DNA from: Candidatus Levyibacteriota bacterium
Lineage (GTDB): Bacteria; Patescibacteriota; Microgenomatia; Levybacterales; UBA12049
Assembly (NCBI GenBank): GCA_038205015.1
Contig: JBBRCK010000002.1
Span: 33,913-97,912 of the forward strand
Direction of reading: 5' to 3'
Length of the DNA: 64,000 nt
Below, one piece after another: positions 18,945 to 30,005 of the stretch (the first letter of the stretch is position 1; the number at the start of each line of letters is the position of its first letter). A program made the position numbers and the translations under genes. The notes under the pieces are model-generated. The model was not told the DNA's origin, searched no databases, and worked only from the letters and a program-made list of their open reading frames with translations.

Positions 18945-20528
18945 ATGAATAAAAAGAAAAAAATTCTTGCCGCATTATTTGTATTCGTGTTTGCTTTTTT
19001 ATTGCGCTTATGGAACTTAAATTCAATGGGAAGGACTTGGGACGAGACTGCATATGTTGAGGTTGGAAATAAAATGATCCAGTTAATTTTGAATAAAAAC
19101 ATATTTAATAGTTATTTTTATCATTTTACAGATGCTCCACCACTGGCAAGATATTTATTTGGAATTGCAAGTAATTTAGATATTAAAAGTATAATTGGCG
19201 GTATTCCTGTCTTTAATTATGAATATACTTATGCACGGTTAATATCGATAATATTTTCTTCTTTCTCATCAGTAATTGTTCTATTTATTGGGATTGAGTT
19301 TATTTCCGTCTTTGTAGGAATAGCGGCAGCAATTATTTTGGCAATGCTTCCGTTTTTTCTTGGATTATCACAGTTAGCCACTTTAGAAAGTACTTTATTT
19401 TTCTTTTTTACACTCTCTGTTTATTTATACCTGAGATTTTTGAGAAAGCCATCGAAATTAAATGTATTTTTAACTGGTTTTGCAATTGGTTTAGCGATTT
19501 TATCAAAGTATACGAATGTGTTATTAATTCCTGTAATTTTAGGAATATATTTCTTTTGGAATAAAGAAATAAAAGATAAATTATCCAAGATAATTTTAAA
19601 ACAAACACTATATATGTTTGTGATTGCAATCCTTACATTTATTATTGCTTGGCCAATGCCATGGGCAAATTTAAGTTATGTAATTGGTTTTAACTATAAC
19701 TGGAGGGTGATGGGAAATTTGCAGCCTGACATTGAAGTTTTTTATGGAAGATTAATGCATCTTCCTGTATTTTATTATCCCGTAATGTTTTTAATAACAA
19801 CCCCGTTAATAATCGTATTATTATTTTTTATCGGTTCCAAATTTATTTCGGATTATACCAGTAAAAAGGAAATTGCTAAGAAAGCTAAAGAGAGTGGATT
19901 TGTTAGTTCAAAATGGTTTTTGTATTCACTTCTTGCATGGTTTTGCATTCCATTTATTCAATCATTTTATAATTATCGCCATCATGGAATCAGATTTATT
20001 ATAGAAATTTACGCACCTTTATCAATAATTGCTGCAATCGGATTAAATTGTATATCATCAAAGTTTTCCAAAACCTTGATGGCTCGTATATTGTTTTTAT
20101 TTGTAGTAATTATATATTTAGCTATATCTCTTATTAAACTTACTCCCTATTATTTAGATTATTATAATGGTTTGGTTGGGGGAACAAATGGCGTTTATAA
20201 AAACAGACTTTTTGAAATTGGTTGGTGGGGACAAGGGCTTGGAGAAGCAGGTTATTATTTACAAAATTACGCAAAACCTAATTCTAAAATAGGACTATTT
20301 ATTTCTCCAACAAGTGTGTTCCCGCCAATTAAAAATCAAAAGATAATGTTAATAGATCCGGTTAGGGGAGTATATGATTCAAAAATTAAATACGATTATG
20401 TTGTTGTAAATTACTTTCATGTCTTAAGAGAAAGATTCGATGACAGTAAAATTAAAGGGGACTACAAACTAATACATACAGTTAGCGCTGACGGCGCGGT
20501 TTTAGTTTATATATACCAAAAAATTTAG
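18945..20528 (+). CDS. PMT/ArnT-like (GT39/GT83-type) polyprenyl-phosphate-sugar-dependent membrane glycosyltransferase.
   Basis: 527 aa. The first loop carries the DE motif (GRTWDETAYVEVG) typical of the PMT_2/ArnT family, followed by about 11 TM helices. Confidence 0.6.
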   Translation: MNKKKKILAALFVFVFAFLLRLWNLNSMGRTWDETAYVEVGNKMIQLILNKNIFNSYFYHFTDAPPLARYLFGIASNLDIKSIIGGIPVFNYEYTYARLISIIFSSFSSVIVLFIGIEFISVFVGIAAAIILAMLPFFLGLSQLATLESTLFFFFTLSVYLYLRFLRKPSKLNVFLTGFAIGLAILSKYTNVLLIPVILGIYFFWNKEIKDKLSKIILKQTLYMFVIAILTFIIAWPMPWANLSYVIGFNYNWRVMGNLQPDIEVFYGRLMHLPVFYYPVMFLITTPLIIVLLFFIGSKFISDYTSKKEIAKKAKESGFVSSKWFLYSLLAWFCIPFIQSFYNYRHHGIRFIIEIYAPLSIIAAIGLNCISSKFSKTLMARILFLFVVIIYLAISLIKLTPYYLDYYNGLVGGTNGVYKNRLFEIGWWGQGLGEAGYYLQNYAKPNSKIGLFISPTSVFPPIKNQKIMLIDPVRGVYDSKIKYDYVVVNYFHVLRERFDDSKIKGDYKLIHTVSADGAVLVYIYQKI

Positions 20529-22863
20529 GTTTTAAGTTAATAAATATAAGAAATAAAACTATCGCTAATGTTAACCCAGTAATAAATATTCCAAGATTAT
20601 AGTTTGATGGCTCAAATTCAAATATTATTTTATGCTCTCCTTTTGTTAAATAGATTGATCTAAAAATATAATCACCTTTTAATACTTTAATTAAAGTACC
20701 ATTATCATATGCTTTCCAACCCGGATACCAAATTTCACTTAAAACCAAGTATCCCGCTTTAGTAATAGAAGTATTTATAATTATTTTATTTGCGGAATAT
20801 TTATTTATATCTAAATACTGCTGTATGTCTGATTTATTGATAGTTAAAAACTTTAATTTATTTATATCTGTTAAATTCGGTACAGCCAGATTGTCCTTAG
20901 AAATTGAAAACTTACCGCTTTTAATTAAATCTTCCGAAATAATATATGCTCTGGGAAAATATGATAGATTTTCATATAAATAAAAATTAACAGTTTTATT
21001 GCCTATATTATCTTTATAAGAATGTAAAAGCTTGAAGTTTGTATTATCAATTGTTTTTTCCCAAATTAAATATTTTGTATTTAGTAGGTCTAATATTTTA
21101 GGATTAATAATTGATTGAATTTGTATAAATGATTCAAAAGGAGCATCTGAGTGTTTGCCAATAAGCCAAAGAAAATTCCGGTAATTGTTAAGATACACTC
21201 CTTCATATCCTGTGAGAATTTGTAATCCATTTATCATTGCGATAGTGCTGTAGGTACCAGACATTGCGAAAACTCTATAAGTAGAATTATCCTTTTTTAT
21301 ATCTTTGATTACTTGGGGAGTTTTGAATAATTCATTTGGACTTCCTGTTTCAATTACCTTATAGCTAAATAGCCAAAGCTGAATAAAAATTAATGATAGA
21401 ATAAATAGTTTGAATATATTTGGTTTTATTCGTCTTGTTAAATATAAATATATACTTATAAATATTATTGATGAAAAGGTTAAAAGTGAAAAAATATCAA
21501 AAAGTGTTTGCCTAAAGATTGTTAAATGATTTATATCTACGGCATAAGAGTTTTTAAGAATGTATTTTTCGTATAATTGTAAAAGATTTTGTGAATAAAT
21601 AAATATAACTGGTATTAACGTTATTAAAGAAATAGTAAATAAATATTTGGAAATTAATATTAATTTGTTAATAAATTTAGTGGTTGACTTTAAATTTAAA
21701 AAATAATTTATTCCAAATCCAGAAAGAATGGCAATGCTAAAGGAATAGATATATAAAAATCTTGATGGGGCTCTAAATAAGGCAATCCCCGGAATATAAT
21801 GAAATAAAATTGAATATATTGGTGTAAATTTTCCAAAAGCGAATAATAGTGAAATGAGTGTAGATAACAAGAAGATAAATACATATCTATTTCGTTTAAA
21901 CACAATTGCTATTAAAGCAAAAATTAAGGGTACTAGTCCGAGATACCCATTCATTTCCCAAAGATTTCCTATTCCCCAGAAAGTTTGATTAAATGGAGAG
22001 CCAAAAAAATAAGGAAGTATAAAAGAAATCATTTGATAAGGTTTTAAAGAAAACGCAGAAGCAAATTCAAAAGAAATTCCACCGGCTCTTTCAGAAAGAT
22101 TTGTTAGTTCTAGAGAGGGAACTAGCTGTATTGCAGATAGAGCAACTCCAATCAGGAAAGATAATAAAAATAAGAAAATAAGTTTTAAAATATATAATAC
22201 ATTTTTGTTTTCTTTATAATCAAAAAAAAGTCTGATAAAAAAATATGTACACGAAAATAACAAATTATAAAAAGTAAATTGAGAATGGCCAACTAGTATT
22301 GTTAAGGCAATCGTTATTCCTGCTAAAAGCCCAAAAATATATTTCTTTGTTTTTAATAAAGATTCATAAAAATATAACAAAAGTGGTAACCAAACTATGG
22401 CATCCAAAATATATAAATGTCCTGGATAAATTCTGAAAACAACTGGTCCACTAAACATAAATATTACTGCAGAAATAAACGCGCTAAAACTACCCAAATT
22501 TAATTTTTTGGCAAATAAATATGTAAAAAGACCAATTAAAAAAATATCAATAATAAATAAATACCCAAAAACATATCCTACGGGAATGATTAGGAATAGT
22601 AGATATAGAGGATAAAAAACTCCGGAGGAAGGATTTGCTAAAAACGGTGTTCCAGAGAACATCGCAGGTTCCCAAAAGGGAATTTGGTGGTATTGATTAA
22701 AAAAGATTGAAAAAAAATATTTGGGATAATAGGCAGAGCCTAAAATATCTGAAGCTGAAATAATTTGTGAAGGATTAGTAATTAGTTTGTTGAAAAAAAG
22801 TAAAGTTAACAGAAACAGCGATAGTGGATACCTATATTTAAAAAAAGTCTTAAGTAAATTCAT
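20482..22863 (-). CDS. YfhO-family polytopic membrane protein (GT-C-type glycosyltransferase).
   Basis: 793 aa with many TM helices. N-terminal loop NQYHQIPFWEPAMFSGTPFLANP matches the YfhO-type motif. Overlaps the convergent gene 18945-20528 by 47 bp. Confidence 0.5.
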   Translation of the reverse strand: MNLLKTFFKYRYPLSLFLLTLLFFNKLITNPSQIISASDILGSAYYPKYFFSIFFNQYHQIPFWEPAMFSGTPFLANPSSGVFYPLYLLFLIIPVGYVFGYLFIIDIFLIGLFTYLFAKKLNLGSFSAFISAVIFMFSGPVVFRIYPGHLYILDAIVWLPLLLYFYESLLKTKKYIFGLLAGITIALTILVGHSQFTFYNLLFSCTYFFIRLFFDYKENKNVLYILKLIFLFLLSFLIGVALSAIQLVPSLELTNLSERAGGISFEFASAFSLKPYQMISFILPYFFGSPFNQTFWGIGNLWEMNGYLGLVPLIFALIAIVFKRNRYVFIFLLSTLISLLFAFGKFTPIYSILFHYIPGIALFRAPSRFLYIYSFSIAILSGFGINYFLNLKSTTKFINKLILISKYLFTISLITLIPVIFIYSQNLLQLYEKYILKNSYAVDINHLTIFRQTLFDIFSLLTFSSIIFISIYLYLTRRIKPNIFKLFILSLIFIQLWLFSYKVIETGSPNELFKTPQVIKDIKKDNSTYRVFAMSGTYSTIAMINGLQILTGYEGVYLNNYRNFLWLIGKHSDAPFESFIQIQSIINPKILDLLNTKYLIWEKTIDNTNFKLLHSYKDNIGNKTVNFYLYENLSYFPRAYIISEDLIKSGKFSISKDNLAVPNLTDINKLKFLTINKSDIQQYLDINKYSANKIIINTSITKAGYLVLSEIWYPGWKAYDNGTLIKVLKGDYIFRSIYLTKGEHKIIFEFEPSNYNLGIFITGLTLAIVLFLIFINLKPKFFGIYKLKPRRQR

Positions 22864-22912
22864 GAACGTAGTATAGCAAATATGATTATTAGAGAAAAAT
22901 ACAATTTTAAGT

Positions 22913-22918
22913 TATAAT
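22913..22918 (+). promoter_or_regulatory. -10 box TATAAT, 6 nt upstream of ATG 22925 (leaderless-type).
   Basis: Sequence gtTATAATttggttATGctt. Confidence 0.3.
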
Positions 22919-23689
22919 TTGGTTATGCTTTCCGTTGTAATACTCACAAAAAATGAAGAAAAAAATATAATTGATTGTTTGGAGAGTGTTTCTTGGGCCG
23001 ATGAAATATTGTTAATAGATGATTATTCAACAGACAGAACAATTGAGGTTACCAAGAATTTTGATTTAAATAAAAAGGTCACCATAATTAAAAAAAGGCT
23101 TGATAATGATTTTTCTTCTCAAAGAAACTTTGGTATCTTAAAAGCAAAGTATGATTGGATATTATTTGTAGATGCTGACGAAAGAGTAACAAAAGAGCTT
23201 AGGGAAGAAATACATTTGGTTTTAATTAGCGAAAAAACAAATCCTGCTTTTTATGGATTTTATTTATCAAGAAAGGACGTTATGTGGGGTAAAATGATTA
23301 AACATGGAGAAATGGGTAGTATAAGACTTTTAAGATTAATAAAAAAGGGAAGTGGTAAATGGAAAGGAAAAGTACATGAGCAGTTTATCGCAGAAAAAAG
23401 AGTTGAAGAATTAGAAAACGGACTATTGCATTTTCCACATCAATCAATCAGTGATTTTTTAACCGAAATTAATTTTTATACGAGTATAAGATCTAAAGAA
23501 TTGTTTAACTTAGGAGTACAGACTAATATTTTACAAATCATATTTTATCCAATGGCTAAATTTATTATGAATTATTTAGTAAAACAGGGAATTAGAGACG
23601 GTACTGAAGGTTTAATCTTGGCAATTATAATGAGTTTTCACTCCTTTTTAGTAAGAGGAAAGCTATGGATATTATGGCAAAAAAAATAA
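22919..23689 (+). CDS. Glycosyltransferase family 2 (LPS-core/KdtX-like).
   Basis: 256 aa. Motifs LSVVILTKNEEKNI and LIDDYSTDRT are GT2. The track start is TTG at 22919. The biological start is more likely ATG 22925, giving MLSVVIL. Confidence 0.7.
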   Translation: MVMLSVVILTKNEEKNIIDCLESVSWADEILLIDDYSTDRTIEVTKNFDLNKKVTIIKKRLDNDFSSQRNFGILKAKYDWILFVDADERVTKELREEIHLVLISEKTNPAFYGFYLSRKDVMWGKMIKHGEMGSIRLLRLIKKGSGKWKGKVHEQFIAEKRVEELENGLLHFPHQSISDFLTEINFYTSIRSKELFNLGVQTNILQIIFYPMAKFIMNYLVKQGIRDGTEGLILAIIMSFHSFLVRGKLWILWQKK

Positions 23690-23765
23690 TATATTTTATT
23701 TTTCTGCTCTGGTCGTTTTTTGTTCTCTACAACTATTTTTCTTATATTTTATGTAAAGGAGGATT

Positions 23766-25343
23766 GTGTTTGCATTTGCTTTTTTAACTGGTATATATTC
23801 ATACATTATTTTTTTTCTAGGAATATTTGGACAGCTATATAGAAATTATGTGCTAGTTTCTTCTGTAATTTATGTATTATTAGTATTGATATTATTTAAA
23901 AATTATCCAAAGGTATTAGCAATTAAACTCTATAAAAAAACATCCATTGTTAAGGAAGCTTTAAAAAATAGATTGTCATTAGTTTTAATAATTCTATTAA
24001 CAGTTCAAATTTTGATCAATTTTATAGGAGTCTTGGGACCTGAAGTATCCTTTGATGCGCTTTGGTATCATCTTACTTTACCAAAGCTGTATATTCTAAA
24101 TCATTCAATTTTTCATATTTCCGGTGGTCTTTTATATTATTCAGATATGCCAAAGTTAGTAGAAATGCTTTATGTACCATTTCTAATGTTTGGAAATGAA
24201 ATTGGCGCAAAATTTCTGCACTTTGTTTTCGGAATACTAGTTTTGTTTATATTATATATAATTTCTATTAGGTTTTTGTCTAAAAATTTATCATTATTAG
24301 TTTTGATTCTGTTTTATTCAAATTTAGTTGTAGGTTGGGAATCTATTACAGCTTATGTAGACTTAGCAAGAACATTTTTTGAACTACTTTCATTTTATGG
24401 ATTTATTATCTGGTTTAAAAATAGGAATAGTAAGTATTTATTTTATTCTGCGATTATTTTAGGTTTTGCAATAACAGTAAAATTAGTAGTTATATTTGAT
24501 TTACTAATTTTCTTATGTCTATTTGTATATTTAAAGAAAGACATTTTTAAAAACATAATTCAGTTTAGTGGCATTTCTTTGTTAATTCCTTTACCTTGGT
24601 TTATATTCTCATATTTAAATACCGGCAACTTATTTTATCCATATTTTAGTTTACCTGTTGATTCCGGACATTTTCTTAACATGCCAACGTTGTCCTCGCT
24701 TATAAATTTCTCAGATCCAATTTCGCCAATTTATTTAATTTTACTTCCTATTATTTTATTAAGTTATAAACAATTTGATAAGAATACAAAGTTGATTTTT
24801 ATTATGTTTATTACTGGAATTTTAATATGGTTTTTGACTCAAACCGGGAGAGGAACAAGATTTTTGCTTCCCTATCTTCCATTAGCATCAATTTTGTGTA
24901 TTCTCATTATTCAATCATTTAAAAGTATAATTATAAAAAAATATTTGTATGTATTAATTATTATTATTTCATTAACTTCAATTGGGTACAGATTAATTGC
25001 GAATATTAAGTTTTTACCCGTTGTAATCGGAAAAGAATCGAGAGAGTATTTTCTTACTAATCATTTAAATTTTTCTTTTGGAGATTTTTATGATGTAGAT
25101 GGATATTTTAAAAATAACATTCAAAAATCCGATAAAGTACTTTTATATGGATTTCATAATTTATATTATGTAAATTTTCCATACATTGATTCAAGCTGGG
25201 TTAAAAAAGGAGATAAGTTTAATTATATTGCAGTTCAAAATGCAAATATTCCGGATAGATTTTTAGATTGGAAAAAAGTTTATTACAATAATCAAACAAG
25301 AGTTGGACTATACTCAAAGGAAGCAATAATATGGGAATACTAG
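23766..25343 (+). CDS. Polytopic membrane protein, GT-C-like.
   Basis: 525 aa with about 13 TM helices. GTG start preceded by SD aaaggagga at 23752-23760. Confidence 0.4.
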   Translation: MFAFAFLTGIYSYIIFFLGIFGQLYRNYVLVSSVIYVLLVLILFKNYPKVLAIKLYKKTSIVKEALKNRLSLVLIILLTVQILINFIGVLGPEVSFDALWYHLTLPKLYILNHSIFHISGGLLYYSDMPKLVEMLYVPFLMFGNEIGAKFLHFVFGILVLFILYIISIRFLSKNLSLLVLILFYSNLVVGWESITAYVDLARTFFELLSFYGFIIWFKNRNSKYLFYSAIILGFAITVKLVVIFDLLIFLCLFVYLKKDIFKNIIQFSGISLLIPLPWFIFSYLNTGNLFYPYFSLPVDSGHFLNMPTLSSLINFSDPISPIYLILLPIILLSYKQFDKNTKLIFIMFITGILIWFLTQTGRGTRFLLPYLPLASILCILIIQSFKSIIIKKYLYVLIIIISLTSIGYRLIANIKFLPVVIGKESREYFLTNHLNFSFGDFYDVDGYFKNNIQKSDKVLLYGFHNLYYVNFPYIDSSWVKKGDKFNYIAVQNANIPDRFLDWKKVYYNNQTRVGLYSKEAIIWEY

Positions 25344-26524
25344 AAAAATTATTTATTTTATTTATATTTACCTTTCCCACCGGCGTAATTGCCAGGCTTC
25401 AATTTTCAAATGGACTTGCAATCTCTATAAATGATTTAATATTAATGATTTTAATTCTCTTTTGGGTATTTTATAGAATAAAACTCAAATCTTTTGAAGG
25501 CAAATATTATTTATCAAAACCGATTGGAATATTTATTTTTCTGGGATTATTTTCTTTAATATTAAATTTTCCAAATCTTGGATTTGATAAATTCTTAATA
25601 TCATTTACTTACCTTGCAAGGTTTATTGGATACGCATTGTTATATTTTATAGTAAAAGATTTTACAAACTCTTTTAAAATTAAGATTAACAAATATTTAT
25701 TAATTTCTGGATTAATAGTACTGATATTAGGTTATATTCAATATTTTTTTTACCCGAGTCTTAAGAGCTTATCATTTTTAGGTTGGGATATTCATCTATA
25801 TAGAATGGTTTCGGTATTTCTTGATCCAAATTTTGCTGGAACATTTTTTAATATTTATTTAATTTTTTCCTTAGAGTTTTTCCGAAAAAGATATAAAAAA
25901 TTATCAAAGGTTAAAATATCGCTTTTTTTATTAATCCCAATATTTACACTTTTTTCAATATATTTGACATATTCAAGAAGCGCACTAATTATGTTATTTA
26001 TTTGTACGGCTACGTATTTAATCCTACTTAATAAAAAGAAATTAATAATAATTTCTACAATTGTTCTTTTTCTGTTAATTTTTATTTCACCTAGGGCTTT
26101 TCAAACAGAAGGTACTAATTTATTAAGAATAGTTTCAACTACTGAAAGAATACAATCTGTCCAAATAGTAACTAAAGTAATTTCAGCAAATCCGTTATTC
26201 GGAGTAGGTTTTAATGCTTATAGGTATGCTCAGAATAAGTTAGGATTAGACAACGTTTATTGGCAAGTTACTCATGCCGGAGCAGGAACTGACGCAAGTC
26301 TCTTGTTCGTAATTGCAACAACCGGTTTTATAGGTTTACTAGCTTTTCTTTATTTAATCTATAAATTATTATATCTCGCAAAGTTAAATCTAAATAAAAA
26401 CGGAATTATACTGTTTTCAGTATTGGTTGGCTTGTTGGCTAACAGTTTATTTATAAACAGTTTTTTCTTTGTTTTTATATTAGAGTGGATTTGGATACTC
26501 TCCGGCGTTACTGAGAATAGTTAA
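25331..26524 (+). CDS. O-antigen ligase/polymerase family (Wzy_C) membrane protein, possibly an O-oligosaccharyltransferase.
   Basis: 397 aa with about 10-12 TM helices. A periplasmic loop carries YSRSALIML and HAGAGTDAS, resembling the Wzy_C/WaaL/PglL family. Confidence 0.5.
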   Translation: MGILEKLFILFIFTFPTGVIARLQFSNGLAISINDLILMILILFWVFYRIKLKSFEGKYYLSKPIGIFIFLGLFSLILNFPNLGFDKFLISFTYLARFIGYALLYFIVKDFTNSFKIKINKYLLISGLIVLILGYIQYFFYPSLKSLSFLGWDIHLYRMVSVFLDPNFAGTFFNIYLIFSLEFFRKRYKKLSKVKISLFLLIPIFTLFSIYLTYSRSALIMLFICTATYLILLNKKKLIIISTIVLFLLIFISPRAFQTEGTNLLRIVSTTERIQSVQIVTKVISANPLFGVGFNAYRYAQNKLGLDNVYWQVTHAGAGTDASLLFVIATTGFIGLLAFLYLIYKLLYLAKLNLNKNGIILFSVLVGLLANSLFINSFFFVFILEWIWILSGVTENS

Positions 26525-27218
26525 CTTTTAGGTCTTTTTCCGTTTTATTACCAGCTTGATCGGTTGCTATGATTTTAATTTGATTATCTCCGCCTTGGAG
26601 AGATAAGTTATAAGAAAAGTTGTTGCTGTAATCAATTATTGCAGAGAATCCATTAACAGTAACGCTTACTCCGAAATCCACTTTTCCAGTTACATTAGCT
26701 GTATTTTGATCTTTTTTAAAGCTTTGTCCATCAGAAGGAGAGTTTACATCTAGTGACGGTGGAGAATTTTTAAATATGACGTCAACATTATTTGAAAAAC
26801 TACTCTTTTTATCGTTAATTTGCGCATTTACTTTAATTTGATTATTTCCGCTTGAGAGATTCTCGTTAAATACAAATGCTCCATCACTATTTGCTTTGAC
26901 ATCGTCGACCTCCTTATTATTGATATATAAATAAACTTTGGCGTCCTTTTTAGATTTGCCTGCTATAACTATTTGAGCACTGTTTGTAGCCGTTGGAAGT
27001 TGATTTAATACGGGTGTATCTAAGAAGATGATTTTATCTCCGCTTACCGAGTTTGTGCTTTGTGTTTTTTGTCCTGTTAGAAACAGACTAAAGTTGACTA
27101 AAAAATCCAAGCCAAATTTAAATAAGATAAAAAGTATCATTACGATTCCAATTATGCTTAAAGCAATTGTTTTTCTTGTTTTCTTTTCTGTATTTTTATT
27201 AAGTCTGGAACGTCTCAT
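26508..27218 (-). CDS. Membrane-anchored surface protein with two Ig-like (Big-type) repeats.
   Basis: 236 aa with a basic N-terminus and a single TM helix. Two beta-rich N/S/K-rich repeats follow (…GNNQIKVNA… and …GDNQIKIIATDQAGN…). Its start codon lies 4 nt from the tRNA-Thr 3' end. Confidence 0.4.
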   Translation of the reverse strand: MRRSRLNKNTEKKTRKTIALSIIGIVMILFILFKFGLDFLVNFSLFLTGQKTQSTNSVSGDKIIFLDTPVLNQLPTATNSAQIVIAGKSKKDAKVYLYINNKEVDDVKANSDGAFVFNENLSSGNNQIKVNAQINDKKSSFSNNVDVIFKNSPPSLDVNSPSDGQSFKKDQNTANVTGKVDFGVSVTVNGFSAIIDYSNNFSYNLSLQGGDNQIKIIATDQAGNKTEKDLKVNYSQ

Positions 27219-27222
27219 AATG

Positions 27223-27295
27223 AGCCGAAGGTGAGATTTGAACTCACGACTTACTCTTTACGAAAGAGTTACTCTACCAGCTGAGTTACTTCGGC
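27223..27295 (-). tRNA. tRNA-Thr (anticodon CGT).
   Basis: Manual cloverleaf on the reverse strand. Acceptor GCCGAAG/CTTCGGC, D-arm ACTC-AGCTGGTA-GAGT, anticodon stem ACTCT/AGAGT with loop TTCGTAA, T-arm GTGAG-TTCAAAT-CTCAC, discriminator T. CCA is not encoded. Confidence 0.8.
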
Positions 27296-27333
27296 ATTAG
27301 TATATTCTATGAAATTTTATCTATCAAGGCAAA

Positions 27334-27749
27334 TTAAGAGGTTCTGGAGTGTTTACTTCTTCTGGCGACTTTTAACTCGAGTATAGCTTTTCTAAGTTCT
27401 GCCTCTGCCACCACAAAGTCTTTTTGATTCTCTCTGTTTTTCATAGCTTGCTTTGCTTTCTCTTGAGCTGCTTGAGCTTTTGCTACTTCGATGTCATCGG
27501 CTTTAACTGCATAATCTGCCAGTATATTTACATGATTATTTGCAATTTCTAAGAAACCGCCTGTAATCGCAAAATGCTCAATTTTATTATTGTTTCTAAT
27601 AATCATTTCCCCGGGAACAATTTTTGTTAAAAGATTAACATGGTTTGGAAGAATAGATATCTCTCCGGTTGTTGTAGGAATTGTTAGTTCGTCAACCTCT
27701 TCTTTTAGAATTACTTTTGTTGGGGTAATAATTTCCAGAATAAGCTTCA

Positions 27750-27750
<1 letters not shown>
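27334..27750 (-). CDS. atpC: F0F1 ATP synthase subunit epsilon.
   Basis: 138 aa. N-terminal beta-sandwich (PTTTGEISILPNH), C-terminal helix and operon position identify it. Confidence 0.85.
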
Positions 27751-30003
<2,253 letters not shown>

Positions 30004-30005
30004 AT

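Noticed and set aside
20488-20512. GC-rich palindrome (aGCGCtgacgGCGCggtttt) as a possible bidirectional intrinsic terminator.
   Set aside because: The stem is only 4 bp and lies wholly inside two overlapping coding regions, so it is too weak to call.
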